This document shows positions 1 through 9,505 of a DNA stretch of 64,000 nucleotides, piece by piece. The notes beneath the pieces were generated by a model. The model was not told the DNA's origin. It was given only the letters and a program-made list of their open reading frames with translations, and searched no databases. How positions within the stretch are numbered: position 1 is the first letter of the stretch; every line of letters starts with the position of its first letter. Origin of the DNA: an uncultured Candidatus Saccharibacteria bacterium (lineage in GTDB: Bacteria; Patescibacteriota; Saccharimonadia; Saccharimonadales; AWTP1-31). Location: assembly GCA_964641545.1 (NCBI GenBank), contig CAZXLT010000003.1, forward strand, positions 23,818 through 87,817. The letters are read 5' to 3'. A program made the translations under genes and the position numbers.

Positions 1-240
1 GGCCAAACTTACTTTGTCCGCATAACCTTTAAGGAAAATGCATAGCCGTCCGTAACCGCCACCAATATCTGCAGCGTGCTTGAAATGTTTTCCCTTTAGT
101 AAACGACTGATCGCAAGCCGCTCTGACTCGTTTTCGTAATCGCGCCCATTCCAATAATGAAGGTAGTTGTGGCTAGGATCATTATATTGGTCTGCTTTTG
201 TCTTCGTGTTTTTTTCGGTAGTTGTAGTTTTTTTAGACAT
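1..240 (-). CDS. Class I SAM-dependent methyltransferase, N-terminal part (gene runs off the left edge)
   Basis: My own minus-strand translation from ATG 238-240 gives MSKKTTTTEKNTKTKADQYNDPSHNYLHYWNGRDYENESERLAISRLLKGKHFKHAADIGGGYGRLCIFLKGYADKVSLA with no stop before position 1. DIGGGYGR resembles methyltransferase motif I. The ORF is absent from the track because it is truncated. Confidence 0.5.
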   Translation of the reverse strand, partial: MSKKTTTTEKNTKTKADQYNDPSHNYLHYWNGRDYENESERLAISRLLKGKHFKHAADIGGGYGRLCIFLKGYADKVSLA

Positions 241-255
241 AGATGCGAGTATACA

Positions 256-1506
256 CTATTTTTTCGTTATAAGAACCTGTGTGTTTTTACCTCTTCGTAG
301 TACCAGGTGTCCTTGCACAAAGTCGTTCTCATCCAACTTTTGTTTTCCGTCAGCGGCAACTTTGTCATTAATGTATATAGCGCCTGAGGCTAGGAACCTT
401 CGCGCTTCTGTGTTGGAGCTGGCAAGTCCAGATTCAACCAATAGCTCTACTAGTGAGTTTTCGTTGTTCACTGTAAATTCTGTAAGTCCTAATCCCATAA
501 AATCATCTTTCGAGAACCTATCGTAGTGCTTATTGCTAAACAATTGCTTTGCAGCCGCTTCGTTTTCTTTCGCAAATTGTTCCCCGTGTACGAGCTTTGT
601 TACCTCGTAAGCTAATCGTTTTTGGGCAGCGCGGGATGAACGATCTGTATTAAAATCTGTCATAACTTCATTGACTGCTTTTTGGTCTAATTCAGTAAAG
701 ACTTTCAAGTAATCTTCTACGCTCTCGTCATCAACATTTAGCCAAAACTGATAAAAATCATACGGTGTAGTTTGATCTGCTGCGAGCCATATTGCACCAC
801 CTTCGGTCTTTCCAAACTTTTGACCAGTAGTCTTGTTGAGAATGAGCGGAGTTGTCCAGACGTGAGCTTCGGCACCTGTTAGACGTCGGATTAAATCGAC
901 ACCAGCGATACTATTTCCCCACTGGTCTGAACCGCTTAACTGCAACGTTACACCTTTTGTTTTGTTCAAGTGTAAAAAGTCGAATGCTTGAATCAGTACA
1001 TAACTAAATTCTGCGTAGCTAATTCCGTTTCCACCCTCTGCTAAACGTGTTTGAACAAAATCACGACTAAGCATTTGTCGCATTGGTACGTGTTTACCAA
1101 TGTCCCTCAGAAAATCAAGGTAATGCATATCCTTAAACCAATCGAAATTATCAACAACCTCAAAATCGAACCCTGCAAATACTTGCTTATATTGCTCAAC
1201 AATCGCTTGCTTGTTCTTAGTTATTTCTTCTGGCGTTTTCAAATTCCGCTCGTCAGCCTTGCCATCTGGGTCGCCAATTAGGCCAGTTGCGCCACCGATT
1301 AAAAGAATCGCTTTATAACCGTGTCGCATAAAGGTGCGTGCCATCATTGCAGCCGCAAGGTTGCCAATCTGCATAGAAGTTGCACTTGGGTCAACACCAA
1401 AGTAGAACGTACGTTTCGTTTTGTCTAACTCAGTAGGATCGGCAAACGTTGTTTGATTGGCAAAACCTCTCCAGCTGAGCTCTTCGCTTAAAAGTTGTGT
1501 ACTCAT
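256..1506 (-). CDS. tyrS: Tyrosyl-tRNA synthetase
   Basis: The conserved sequence begins at internal ATG 1504-1506 (MSTQLLSEELSWRGF). It has GVDPSAT-SMQIGN (variant HIGH region), KFGKTEGG (KMSKS region) and a C-terminal S4-like RRFLASGAIYIND. The 165 nt N-terminal extension in the ORF track overlaps the divergent PBP gene and promoter region. Confidence 0.93.
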   Translation of the reverse strand: MSTQLLSEELSWRGFANQTTFADPTELDKTKRTFYFGVDPSATSMQIGNLAAAMMARTFMRHGYKAILLIGGATGLIGDPDGKADERNLKTPEEITKNKQAIVEQYKQVFAGFDFEVVDNFDWFKDMHYLDFLRDIGKHVPMRQMLSRDFVQTRLAEGGNGISYAEFSYVLIQAFDFLHLNKTKGVTLQLSGSDQWGNSIAGVDLIRRLTGAEAHVWTTPLILNKTTGQKFGKTEGGAIWLAADQTTPYDFYQFWLNVDDESVEDYLKVFTELDQKAVNEVMTDFNTDRSSRAAQKRLAYEVTKLVHGEQFAKENEAAAKQLFSNKHYDRFSKDDFMGLGLTEFTVNNENSLVELLVESGLASSNTEARRFLASGAIYINDKVAADGKQKLDENDFVQGHLVLRRGKNTQVLITKK

Positions 1507-1514
1507 ATGAAACA

Positions 1515-1520
1515 AGTATA
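1515..1520 (-). promoter_or_regulatory. -10 box TATACT, 8 nt upstream of the tyrS ATG (leaderless candidate)
   Basis: Minus strand reads GAGGTATACTTGTTTCATATGAGT. No SD. Confidence 0.4.
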
Positions 1521-1583
1521 CCTCAAGGCTAAATACCCTATCCAAATATTGCACAATAATCTGCTTTAGGAATTGCTTGTGTT

Positions 1584-1592
1584 TGCTATAAT
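1584..1592 (+). promoter_or_regulatory. Extended -10 TGcTATAAT for the PBP1A gene
   Basis: tttgcTATAATaagg sits 32 nt upstream of ATG 1625. An AAGGGGAAG SD follows. Confidence 0.4.
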
Positions 1593-1624
1593 AAGGATCA
1601 TATTTAAGGGGAAGAAACATACTA

Positions 1625-4621
1625 ATGGCTAAGACCAGCAAACCGGGTTCGAATCGTGCAAAACGTAACATTCATACAACTCGAAGCGGCAAGACATTCA
1701 AAGTAAACAGAGGGCTTGTCCAAAGGTGGGTAAACAGCAAGGACGCTAAAGAGCAGCGAAAAGCCCAAAGGATGGCAGGGCTTCCCAAGGGGCGTGTTAA
1801 GCGCTTTTTGTATCACTTCCAGCCAAAACGCATGTACCACTACTGGTTTAGCCGAGACGGCGCAATTATGGCGCTCAAGCTTGCTGGCGCAGGCTTTGCT
1901 GTTGGCTTTTTGGTTCTGTTAGGTTTGTTTGCATACTTCCGCAAAGACCTACCGAACCTGCGTGATATTTCTGGAAATAATATTGGTGGAAGTATTCGTT
2001 ATTACGACAGAACCGGTCAAACACTGCTTTGGGAGGATTATGACGCTGTAAAACGAATTCCAGTAAAAAATGACGCTATAGCACAGGACCTTAAAGATGC
2101 AACGGTGGCGATTGAGGACAAAGACTTCTTTAAGCATGGTGGATTTGACGTGCGCGGCATAACAAGAGCTGGCGTAAATAACCTCATGGGTAAAAGTAGC
2201 ACCCAAGGTGGGTCCACTATCACCCAACAGCTCGTTAAGCTTACGCAAAACTGGACGCGTGATCGTAGCTATACTCGAAAAGTCAAAGAACTTATATTGT
2301 CTGTTGAGCTGGAACGAAGCTACTCAAAACAAGAAATTCTTACCGGATACTTGAACACCGCCCCGTACGGCAATGTGCAGTATGGGGCTGAAGCTGCATC
2401 GCGCGATTATTTCCAAAAGTCAGCTAAAGACCTCTCCCTGGATGAGTCTGTGTTCTTGGCTGCGATACCCAAATCACCCTCGTTCTACTCGCCATACGGT
2501 GCTTATTTTAAAGACAATGCCAACGAGTCAAAACCTGCGCTCGTAGGTCGTATGCAATACATTCTTGACCAAATGGTGCAGCAAGGCATGATTACCAAGA
2601 AAGAACGAGACGACGCGAAAAAAGTTGATGTACTAGCAAAAGTAAAAGAACCTCAAGCAAAATATGCTGGAATAAAAGCTCCGTGGTTCGTGCTTGCTGC
2701 TAAGCAACAATTAGAAGATAAGTTCGGTGACCAAACCGTAAAGCGTGGCGGTTGGACAGTGACAACAACTCTGGACATGGACAAGCAGAAACTTGCCGAG
2801 GACCAGGTTAATGCCGGGCTTGCACAGGTACGACGACAAGGTGGTGATGTAGCAGCATTTGCGGCGCAAGATGTTAAAACGGGCCAGATGGTCGCGTTAG
2901 TAGGTGGTTCTGACTTTACAAACCCCGATTATGGTCAATTTAACTATGCCACTTCACCGTTGCCTCCAGGTTCTAGCTTTAAACCGTACGATTATGCAGC
3001 TTTAATCGAGCACAGCAACAATGTTGGCGCAGGAACGGTGTTATATGACACACAAGGTCCTGTTGACGGGTACCCATGCACGAACAAAAACAATCCTAAG
3101 GGTGACAAGAAAGCGAACTGTTTGTGGGACTACGATTTTCGGTATCCCGGACCAATGACACTTCGGTACGCACTGGGTGGCTCGAGAAACGTACCTGCCA
3201 TAAAAGCGATGCTTATTGTTGGTGTTGATAAAACTATTCAGACTGCTGAAAAACTAGGGCTTAAAAGTGGTTATAAGTGTTACGAAGACGAGAAAAACAC
3301 CAAAGAAGGTCCATGCTATGCGTCGTCTGCCATTGGTGACGGAGCATTTCTACACCTCGACGAGCATGTACATGCCTACGGCACGCTTTCGCGCAACGGT
3401 GCCAACATACCACAAACTTATATTCTAAAAATAACCGATTCAGGTAGCAAGACCGTTGACCAGTGGAAGCCAACGAAAGGTGAACAAGCGGTGCGTGCAG
3501 ACACTGCTTATATTGTGTCAGATATGTTGAGTGATCCAAATGCTAGCTACTTCCCTGCAGGCCGCAAGCCGCACCGTTACAAAAACTGGAAGTTTGCTAT
3601 GAAAACTGGAACAACCAACGACAACAAAGACGGCTGGATGATGGGCTTCTCGCCGCAGTATGCAGCTGGAGTTTGGGTTGGGTACCACACCAGACAAAAA
3701 GTTATGAGCGGCACAATGGAAGCAATGACACAGCCTATCTGGCAAGGATGGATGAACAAAGCGCACGACAACATTCCGGCGTTTGACCGCGAAAAACCAG
3801 CAGGAGTGCGCACTGAAGCAGCCTATGTTGTACGAAGTCATGTCGGTATTGGATCTGTCGAACCAAGTCCTGCAACTGACTTAGTACCGGGTTGGTACAA
3901 GAACGATCGCAAAGCCGACAATAGCGCTAAGACGATAGACAAAGTTTCTAATAAAATTGCAACTGACTGTACGCCAGCACTGGCGCGTGAAGAGAATAAA
4001 GACACCGCGGCCAATACATTTTCGGTTGATCGATTTGTTGCCGGTGGTAATGGCAATGGAGACAAGGATGACATCCACAAGTGTGAAGACAGCAAACCAG
4101 GCATTTCCCTGCGTGCTGTAGCTAATGGATCGAGCTATGACCTGTCTGTAGACGTTTCTCAAGGAACTCACCCAATTAATAGCGATAAGTTTAGAGGAAC
4201 AGTTAACTATATCCTAGATGGACAAACAATTCGTAGCTTTAATATTGACGGTGCCGGTTCAGGACTTGCCGCCTTCACCTATACACCTGATTTCACTGGA
4301 TCAAAAGCTCTGAGCGCGCAGGTTATTGACAGCGTGCTCTACGATGCAACAAGCGATAACGTAACACTGGAAGCGGTTACAGTCAGTTCTGCGCCTTTCA
4401 CGGTAACAGCAACTCCTACGGGTGGTAGTAAGTATAAGTTCACATGGTCTTCTGGAGGTACAGGAACAATTACTGTGTACACTTCACCTAATAGTGCTAT
4501 CTGTAGCGCATTAGCAGCTGCGAGCGGTTGCCCTAATGCTAGTGGCTATACTGTATCTAATATATCGGGTGCGTATGCTAAAGATAGTGCAGACAATCAA
4601 GTGACCGTTTCTGGTCCTTAA
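1625..4621 (+). CDS. ponA: Bifunctional class A penicillin-binding protein (glycosyltransferase plus transpeptidase) with a long C-terminal extension
   Basis: GT51 motifs EDKDFFKHGGFD and GGSTITQQLVK. Transpeptidase motifs SSFKPY (SxxK) and KTGTTND (KTG). N-terminal TM helix. The last ~270 aa are Ser/Thr/Gly-rich and look beta-rich. Confidence 0.93.
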   Translation: MAKTSKPGSNRAKRNIHTTRSGKTFKVNRGLVQRWVNSKDAKEQRKAQRMAGLPKGRVKRFLYHFQPKRMYHYWFSRDGAIMALKLAGAGFAVGFLVLLGLFAYFRKDLPNLRDISGNNIGGSIRYYDRTGQTLLWEDYDAVKRIPVKNDAIAQDLKDATVAIEDKDFFKHGGFDVRGITRAGVNNLMGKSSTQGGSTITQQLVKLTQNWTRDRSYTRKVKELILSVELERSYSKQEILTGYLNTAPYGNVQYGAEAASRDYFQKSAKDLSLDESVFLAAIPKSPSFYSPYGAYFKDNANESKPALVGRMQYILDQMVQQGMITKKERDDAKKVDVLAKVKEPQAKYAGIKAPWFVLAAKQQLEDKFGDQTVKRGGWTVTTTLDMDKQKLAEDQVNAGLAQVRRQGGDVAAFAAQDVKTGQMVALVGGSDFTNPDYGQFNYATSPLPPGSSFKPYDYAALIEHSNNVGAGTVLYDTQGPVDGYPCTNKNNPKGDKKANCLWDYDFRYPGPMTLRYALGGSRNVPAIKAMLIVGVDKTIQTAEKLGLKSGYKCYEDEKNTKEGPCYASSAIGDGAFLHLDEHVHAYGTLSRNGANIPQTYILKITDSGSKTVDQWKPTKGEQAVRADTAYIVSDMLSDPNASYFPAGRKPHRYKNWKFAMKTGTTNDNKDGWMMGFSPQYAAGVWVGYHTRQKVMSGTMEAMTQPIWQGWMNKAHDNIPAFDREKPAGVRTEAAYVVRSHVGIGSVEPSPATDLVPGWYKNDRKADNSAKTIDKVSNKIATDCTPALAREENKDTAANTFSVDRFVAGGNGNGDKDDIHKCEDSKPGISLRAVANGSSYDLSVDVSQGTHPINSDKFRGTVNYILDGQTIRSFNIDGAGSGLAAFTYTPDFTGSKALSAQVIDSVLYDATSDNVTLEAVTVSSAPFTVTATPTGGSKYKFTWSSGGTGTITVYTSPNSAICSALAAASGCPNASGYTVSNISGAYAKDSADNQVTVSGP

Positions 4622-5961
4622 ACTTCTAAGAAAGTATTCAACGCTGAACGGACATCTTTAACCGCAGATAGCATACTGTTGGATTTTGCGTCTCTACTTT
4701 TAGGCCCAATCACTAGTTTAAAACCAAGCTTCCTTGCTTCAGCGATTCGCTTGTCTACAAATGGTACGTGGCGCACTTCACCTGATAACCCAACCTCACC
4801 AAATACGACAGCATCCTTTTTCAGTTGCATACCTTTGCTGGCACTTGCTATAGCCATACAAATAGCCAGGTCAGCCGCAGGTTCGCTTATTTTTATGCCC
4901 CCGACAATATTCACGTATATGTCTTGTTCAGCTAAAGAGAGCTTCGTGCGACGCTCTAGCATGGCGACAAGTAAATTCACTCGATTAAGATCAATTCCAC
5001 TCGCAGCGCGCTTAGGATAGCCGTAGCTTGTTTTATTCACTAAGGCCTGGACCTCAACCAGAACTGGTCGAGTGCCCTCCAGGGTCGCAAGTACAATTGA
5101 ACCATCATTAACCTGTCTTTCTGATAAAAGCGCGGCCGAGGGATTGTCTACGGGCTGCAGGCCGCTGTCTCGCATTTCAAAGATCCCAGCCTCGTTTGTT
5201 GAGCCATAACGGTTTTTTACGCTTCGGAGTAATTTAAAGCCACCGTAGCGGTCACCCTCCAGTTGTAATACAACGTCTACGACATGTTCAAGAACTTTTG
5301 GACCGGCTATAGAGCCTTCTTTTGTGACGTGCCCAACTATAACTATCGCTGTATTGCTGGCTTTCGCAGCTTCACTTATGAGATGTGTGCTATTTGTGAT
5401 CTGGCTAATTGTTCCCGGTGCAGAGCTGACTACACTAGTTTGCAGGGTTTGGATCGAGTCTACTACAACAAGGTTATAGTTTTTACTGGCAATACTGGTT
5501 GCAATATCTTCTGCGTTGACTGAGCTGGCCAGCGCAAGACCTTTGCTTGTTGCATTGAGCCGTCGGGCGCGAAGTCCCACTTGGTGCGTCGATTCTTCGC
5601 CGCTACAGTAGAGTACACTATTGTTTTGCCCGAGCGCATCGGCAATCTGTAATAGCAGCGTGCTTTTACCAATTCCTGGTTGCCCTGCAATCAACGTAAC
5701 ACTCCCAGGGACAAAACCACCGCCAAGCACATCGTCTACTTCTAAAATTTTAGTGGTGAGCCTCTTTTCAGGACTTACGCGTGTAACCTGTGCCAAGGGT
5801 GTAGGCTGTATAGTATGCCCTCTATTCCCTTTTAGACTTGTAACAATTTCTGCCTGTTCTTCAAGAGTGTTCCATTCACCACACTGATAACATTTCCCTG
5901 CCCAGCTACCTGAGGTCGCACCACAATTAGTACAAACAAAATTTACACTTGGTTTCGCCAT
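4618..5961 (-). CDS. radA: DNA repair protein RadA/Sms
   Basis: C4 zinc ribbon CTNCGATSGSWAGKCYQCGEW, Walker A GQPGIGKST, KNRYGSTNE (RadA KNRFG motif) and a Lon-like C-terminal domain. The 3' end overlaps the PBP 3' end by 4 nt. Confidence 0.95.
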   Translation of the reverse strand: MAKPSVNFVCTNCGATSGSWAGKCYQCGEWNTLEEQAEIVTSLKGNRGHTIQPTPLAQVTRVSPEKRLTTKILEVDDVLGGGFVPGSVTLIAGQPGIGKSTLLLQIADALGQNNSVLYCSGEESTHQVGLRARRLNATSKGLALASSVNAEDIATSIASKNYNLVVVDSIQTLQTSVVSSAPGTISQITNSTHLISEAAKASNTAIVIVGHVTKEGSIAGPKVLEHVVDVVLQLEGDRYGGFKLLRSVKNRYGSTNEAGIFEMRDSGLQPVDNPSAALLSERQVNDGSIVLATLEGTRPVLVEVQALVNKTSYGYPKRAASGIDLNRVNLLVAMLERRTKLSLAEQDIYVNIVGGIKISEPAADLAICMAIASASKGMQLKKDAVVFGEVGLSGEVRHVPFVDKRIAEARKLGFKLVIGPKSRDAKSNSMLSAVKDVRSALNTFLEV

Positions 5962-5990
5962 TGTAAAATCAAGTGTAACAAATCGCTAAA

Positions 5991-6962
5991 CTATTTAGTA
6001 TCTTTGGTAGAGATTCGATTATCTAGCGCCTTAACGAGAGCTTGCGCTTCCTCGGCGACGGCGTTTCTTTCGTTAAGTACTGTTTTATAGGTGTTTACCA
6101 AGTTTCTCGTTTTATTAACTAGGTTATTGTATGACTGGATCATCGCGTTGTAGCCAGGCACTGCTGCGTTATACTCGTCAACGTGATTAGCACTTCGTAA
6201 AGCAATGACCCGTTGTTCTTCGGCATCAATCTCGACGATTCGTTTATCTAGTTCTGCATTGTTTGACGCGATATCTTTTTCGAGATCGCTTAACCTAAGG
6301 GTTAATGCTTCCAGCCGTGCTTTTCTGGAAGTGAATTCGGCTTTATAGCCATTCGAATAGTTAACAATCTTTCGTCTGTCAGAAAAATACAGCCTGTAAT
6401 GTGCCTCGAGCTCCGCAGGTAAATTGGCTACTTCCGTACCCAGTATAGAATGTAATTCATTTGTGATATCTGCGTTTGCTTGTTTGTACAGATTAATTTT
6501 TTCAGTAACTTCAGTGTTATTAAGCTCTTGGTACGCATTGTTCAGTAATGCTGAGATGCGCTGCTTTTCGTCTGCTCCCATGCGGTCGTAAGCGGCATGC
6601 AGCATCTCATGTGCAGCCGTTACTTCTTCAACACCGTGTAAGCGCTCGTCCGTTACATCCAGGATAAAAATGCCTTTATCGTCTATATAGCAACCAAGGA
6701 CGGCTGTTTTTTCATTCTCAGTACAACTGCCGTAGAAGCTGGCCTTATCCTGTAACTGCGGACGATTTATATAAAAGACCCTGCGCGCCGAATCTACCAT
6801 AGTTGTGTCGTTTGCTAACTTTGCGATTGCGCTGGGTGCTTGGTAGTTCCTAAGCGCCCACCAGTCAAGAATGGCTTGATAACGAACAACGGTATACGCC
6901 ACTGGCGTAGCTAAAACCAATGTAATTATGGTCGTTGTTACAACCTTTTTTGTTTTACTCAT
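5991..6962 (-). CDS. Membrane-anchored hypothetical protein with HExxH motif and coiled-coil C-terminal half
   Basis: N-terminal TM helix VVTTTIITLVLATPVAYTVV, HEMLH motif, and a heptad-rich C-terminal ~170 aa. I recognise no family. ATG 6960-6962 is preferred over GTG 6966-6968. Confidence 0.6.
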   Translation of the reverse strand: MSKTKKVVTTTIITLVLATPVAYTVVRYQAILDWWALRNYQAPSAIAKLANDTTMVDSARRVFYINRPQLQDKASFYGSCTENEKTAVLGCYIDDKGIFILDVTDERLHGVEEVTAAHEMLHAAYDRMGADEKQRISALLNNAYQELNNTEVTEKINLYKQANADITNELHSILGTEVANLPAELEAHYRLYFSDRRKIVNYSNGYKAEFTSRKARLEALTLRLSDLEKDIASNNAELDKRIVEIDAEEQRVIALRSANHVDEYNAAVPGYNAMIQSYNNLVNKTRNLVNTYKTVLNERNAVAEEAQALVKALDNRISTKDTK

Positions 6963-6998
6963 TGTCACGAACTTTAGTATACGCTATTTTCGTAAGCA

Positions 6999-9467
6999 TT
7001 ATTCCTGTGAAACAGTATAGCTGTAATCTTTGTTCTTGTATGTTACGTCAATGATGTCGCCTTTGGTGTACGCACTATCCAACAACCCATGCGCTACCTG
7101 GTCTTCAATAGTATCTTGTAAAAGCCTACGCAAAGGTCTCACACCATTATGCGAGTCATACCCTGCCTCTAAAAGCTGTTTTTTTGCAGCAGCAGTAACG
7201 CTCAAGCCTAAACCGTGGCGGGTAAGTCTTTGGCGGAGCTCTTCAAGTTGCAAGTCTAGAATCTTCATGACATCTTTCTTCGTTAGCGCGCGGAACACCA
7301 AGATCTTATCAATCCGGTTCAACAGTTCAGGGCGCAGCATTTTTTTCAGTTCATCCTGGACCTTGTCTTTGTTTCGCGCATGTAAACTGTCTAAGTCTCG
7401 CTCATCAGCGGAACTTTTAGCCTGGAATCCTAGGCTCGCTTCTTTCTGGAGCTTATCCGCCCCTATGTTGCTGGTCATGATGATAATTGTGTTACTGAAG
7501 TCAACGCTACGCCCTTTGGCGTCTGTTAGTACTCCATCTTCAAGAATTTGTAGCAACATGTTGAAAATTTCTGGGTGAGCTTTTTCAATTTCATCAAACA
7601 GCACCAGACTATAGGGTTGTCTACGGATTTTATCAGTCAGCTGTCCACCTTCTTCGTACCCTACATATCCCGCAGGTGCACCCACAAGGCGAGAAGCAGT
7701 GTGGCGCTCGCTAAACTCACTCATGTCGATCTTAATCATGGCGTCTTTGTTGCCGAAAAACTCCTTAGCAAGGACTCGAGCGAGCTCGGTCTTTCCAACG
7801 CCAGTTGGTCCAAGGAACACAAAAGATCCTATCGGCCGTTGCTCGCTGCTTACGCCTGAACGATTACGTCTGATCGCTTTAGCCACCGCTTCGACAGCTT
7901 CATCTTGACCAATCACATGCTTGCCTAATGTTTTTTCAAGGCTTAGCAAGTACTTTGCTTCCGATCGGATAACTTTTTGCACCGGAACACCCGTCCACCT
8001 GGCTACGACCTCAGCAATATCGTCGCTGGTCATTACTAAGGCGGGGGAGGATTTACCCGTGATGTGTAACTTTTTAAGATCCTTTTCGATTTGACTTGCA
8101 CGTGTTTTAAACTTTGCAGCTTGTTCATAATCTTCACTGTCGACTGCCTCGTCAATTTTTGACTGAACAAGCTTAAGTTCCTTTTGTAATGACCTGACCT
8201 CCGGTGATGTCCTACCCTTGTCTACGCGTAGGTGAGCCGCAGTTTCGTCAAGTAAATCTATGGCTTTATCAGGCATGAATCGATCACTAATATAACGATC
8301 GCTTAATCGAACAGTGTCCTCAATTACCTCGTTGCTAATTGATACATTGTGAAATTCCTCATAATGCTTTTTTAAGCCCTTAAGGATCGCTAGAGTTTCC
8401 GTGTTTGTCGCTTCAGGCACCTGGATAGGCTGGAATCGTCTTTCAAGAGCTGCATCTTTTTCAATATGCTTTGTATACTCATCAGTTGTAGTCGCACCAA
8501 TCACCTGAATTTTGCCGCGCGCCAGTGCTGGTTTTAGAATATTGCCAGCATCCATTGCGCCCTCAGCAGCACCAGCTCCGACTAACAAGTGCAACTCGTC
8601 AATAAATACAATTGTTGACTTATCATTTTCAAGTTCGGCCATTACTTTTTTTAACCGTTCTTCGAACTCACCTCTGTATTTGGTACCTGCAATCATGCCA
8701 GCAAGATCAAGCATCACGATTCTTTTATCTAACAGGCTATCCGGGACGTCTTCTGCAATGATTCTCTGGGCCAAGCCCTCAACAATAGCGGTTTTTCCCA
8801 CTCCAGGTTCACCAATAAGCACTGGGTTGTTTTTAGTACGGCGATTAAGGATTGTAATAACCCGGCGTATTTGATTTTCTCGCCCGACAACAGGATCCAA
8901 TTTGTTGTCACGGGCTTGGGCTGTCAGATCCGTTCCAAAGAAATCTAGGGCTGTTTTACGACCCTTTTTACCTTTGCGACGTGTTCCTGCACTACCTGCT
9001 GAGCTTTGCTGTTTATTAAGAAACTGCTCTAACTGACCCATTAAGTTATCAACATCAATATTCATATCACGAAGCAAAATTGTTGCACGGGCGTTTTTTT
9101 GAGTAAGAATACTGTAAAGAATGTGCTCGGTTCCACAGTAGTCCTGTGAATAGTCCTGAGCAATGTCATATGCCATCTTTAAGGTTAGCTTGGCAGTTTC
9201 ACTCAAACCTTTTGCGCCCATATTAATCACCATTGTTTTTGGAGTAAGATTTAGAGCCAATCTAGCTCGGTCGAGCGTTACCCCGACATCTTCAAGAAGC
9301 TTTGCACCCATGCTAGTGTCTTGCGCAAGCACCCCTAAGAGCAAATGTTCAGTGCCAATATAAGCACTGCTAAAACTTCGAGCGATAGCGTCGGCATGTT
9401 TTAGACTCTGGAGTGCATTGTCCGTTAGGTGGTTCAAAAATTCTTGGAAGTCTGGTGAGTTTTGCAT
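6999..9467 (-). CDS. clpC: ATP-dependent Clp protease ATP-binding subunit ClpC
   Basis: Two Clp_N repeats, Walker A GEPGVGKT (D1) and GPTGVGKT (D2), and a UVR-like linker DYEQAAKFKTRASQIEKDL. Start set to MQNSPDFQEF (ATG 9465-9467). Confidence 0.93.
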   Translation of the reverse strand: MQNSPDFQEFLNHLTDNALQSLKHADAIARSFSSAYIGTEHLLLGVLAQDTSMGAKLLEDVGVTLDRARLALNLTPKTMVINMGAKGLSETAKLTLKMAYDIAQDYSQDYCGTEHILYSILTQKNARATILLRDMNIDVDNLMGQLEQFLNKQQSSAGSAGTRRKGKKGRKTALDFFGTDLTAQARDNKLDPVVGRENQIRRVITILNRRTKNNPVLIGEPGVGKTAIVEGLAQRIIAEDVPDSLLDKRIVMLDLAGMIAGTKYRGEFEERLKKVMAELENDKSTIVFIDELHLLVGAGAAEGAMDAGNILKPALARGKIQVIGATTTDEYTKHIEKDAALERRFQPIQVPEATNTETLAILKGLKKHYEEFHNVSISNEVIEDTVRLSDRYISDRFMPDKAIDLLDETAAHLRVDKGRTSPEVRSLQKELKLVQSKIDEAVDSEDYEQAAKFKTRASQIEKDLKKLHITGKSSPALVMTSDDIAEVVARWTGVPVQKVIRSEAKYLLSLEKTLGKHVIGQDEAVEAVAKAIRRNRSGVSSEQRPIGSFVFLGPTGVGKTELARVLAKEFFGNKDAMIKIDMSEFSERHTASRLVGAPAGYVGYEEGGQLTDKIRRQPYSLVLFDEIEKAHPEIFNMLLQILEDGVLTDAKGRSVDFSNTIIIMTSNIGADKLQKEASLGFQAKSSADERDLDSLHARNKDKVQDELKKMLRPELLNRIDKILVFRALTKKDVMKILDLQLEELRQRLTRHGLGLSVTAAAKKQLLEAGYDSHNGVRPLRRLLQDTIEDQVAHGLLDSAYTKGDIIDVTYKNKDYSYTVSQE

Positions 9468-9476
9468 ACTGAAACA

Positions 9477-9505
9477 ATAGTAGCAAACTAGCACTCGTCA
9501 TGCAA
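9477..9505 (-). promoter_or_regulatory. clpC promoter: -35 TTGCAT, 17 nt spacer, TGcTACTAT, 9 nt to the ATG
   Basis: Minus strand reads CTCTTGCATGACGAGTGCTAGTTTGCTACTATTGTTTCAGTATG. No SD. Confidence 0.45.

Noticed and set aside
1507-1624. T-box riboswitch leaders upstream of tyrS (and of pheS at 58412-58478)
   Set aside because: The upstream regions are only ~118 nt and ~67 nt and are shared with divergent promoters. A T-box needs roughly 200 nt or more, and both genes have a -10 box within 10 nt of the ATG.
1507-1671. 55-codon N-terminal extension of the tyrS ORF (256..1671 in the track)
   Set aside because: The TyrRS homology starts at ATG 1504-1506. The extension overlaps the PBP1A start and its promoter, has no conserved sequence, and a -10 box sits 8 nt upstream of the internal ATG.
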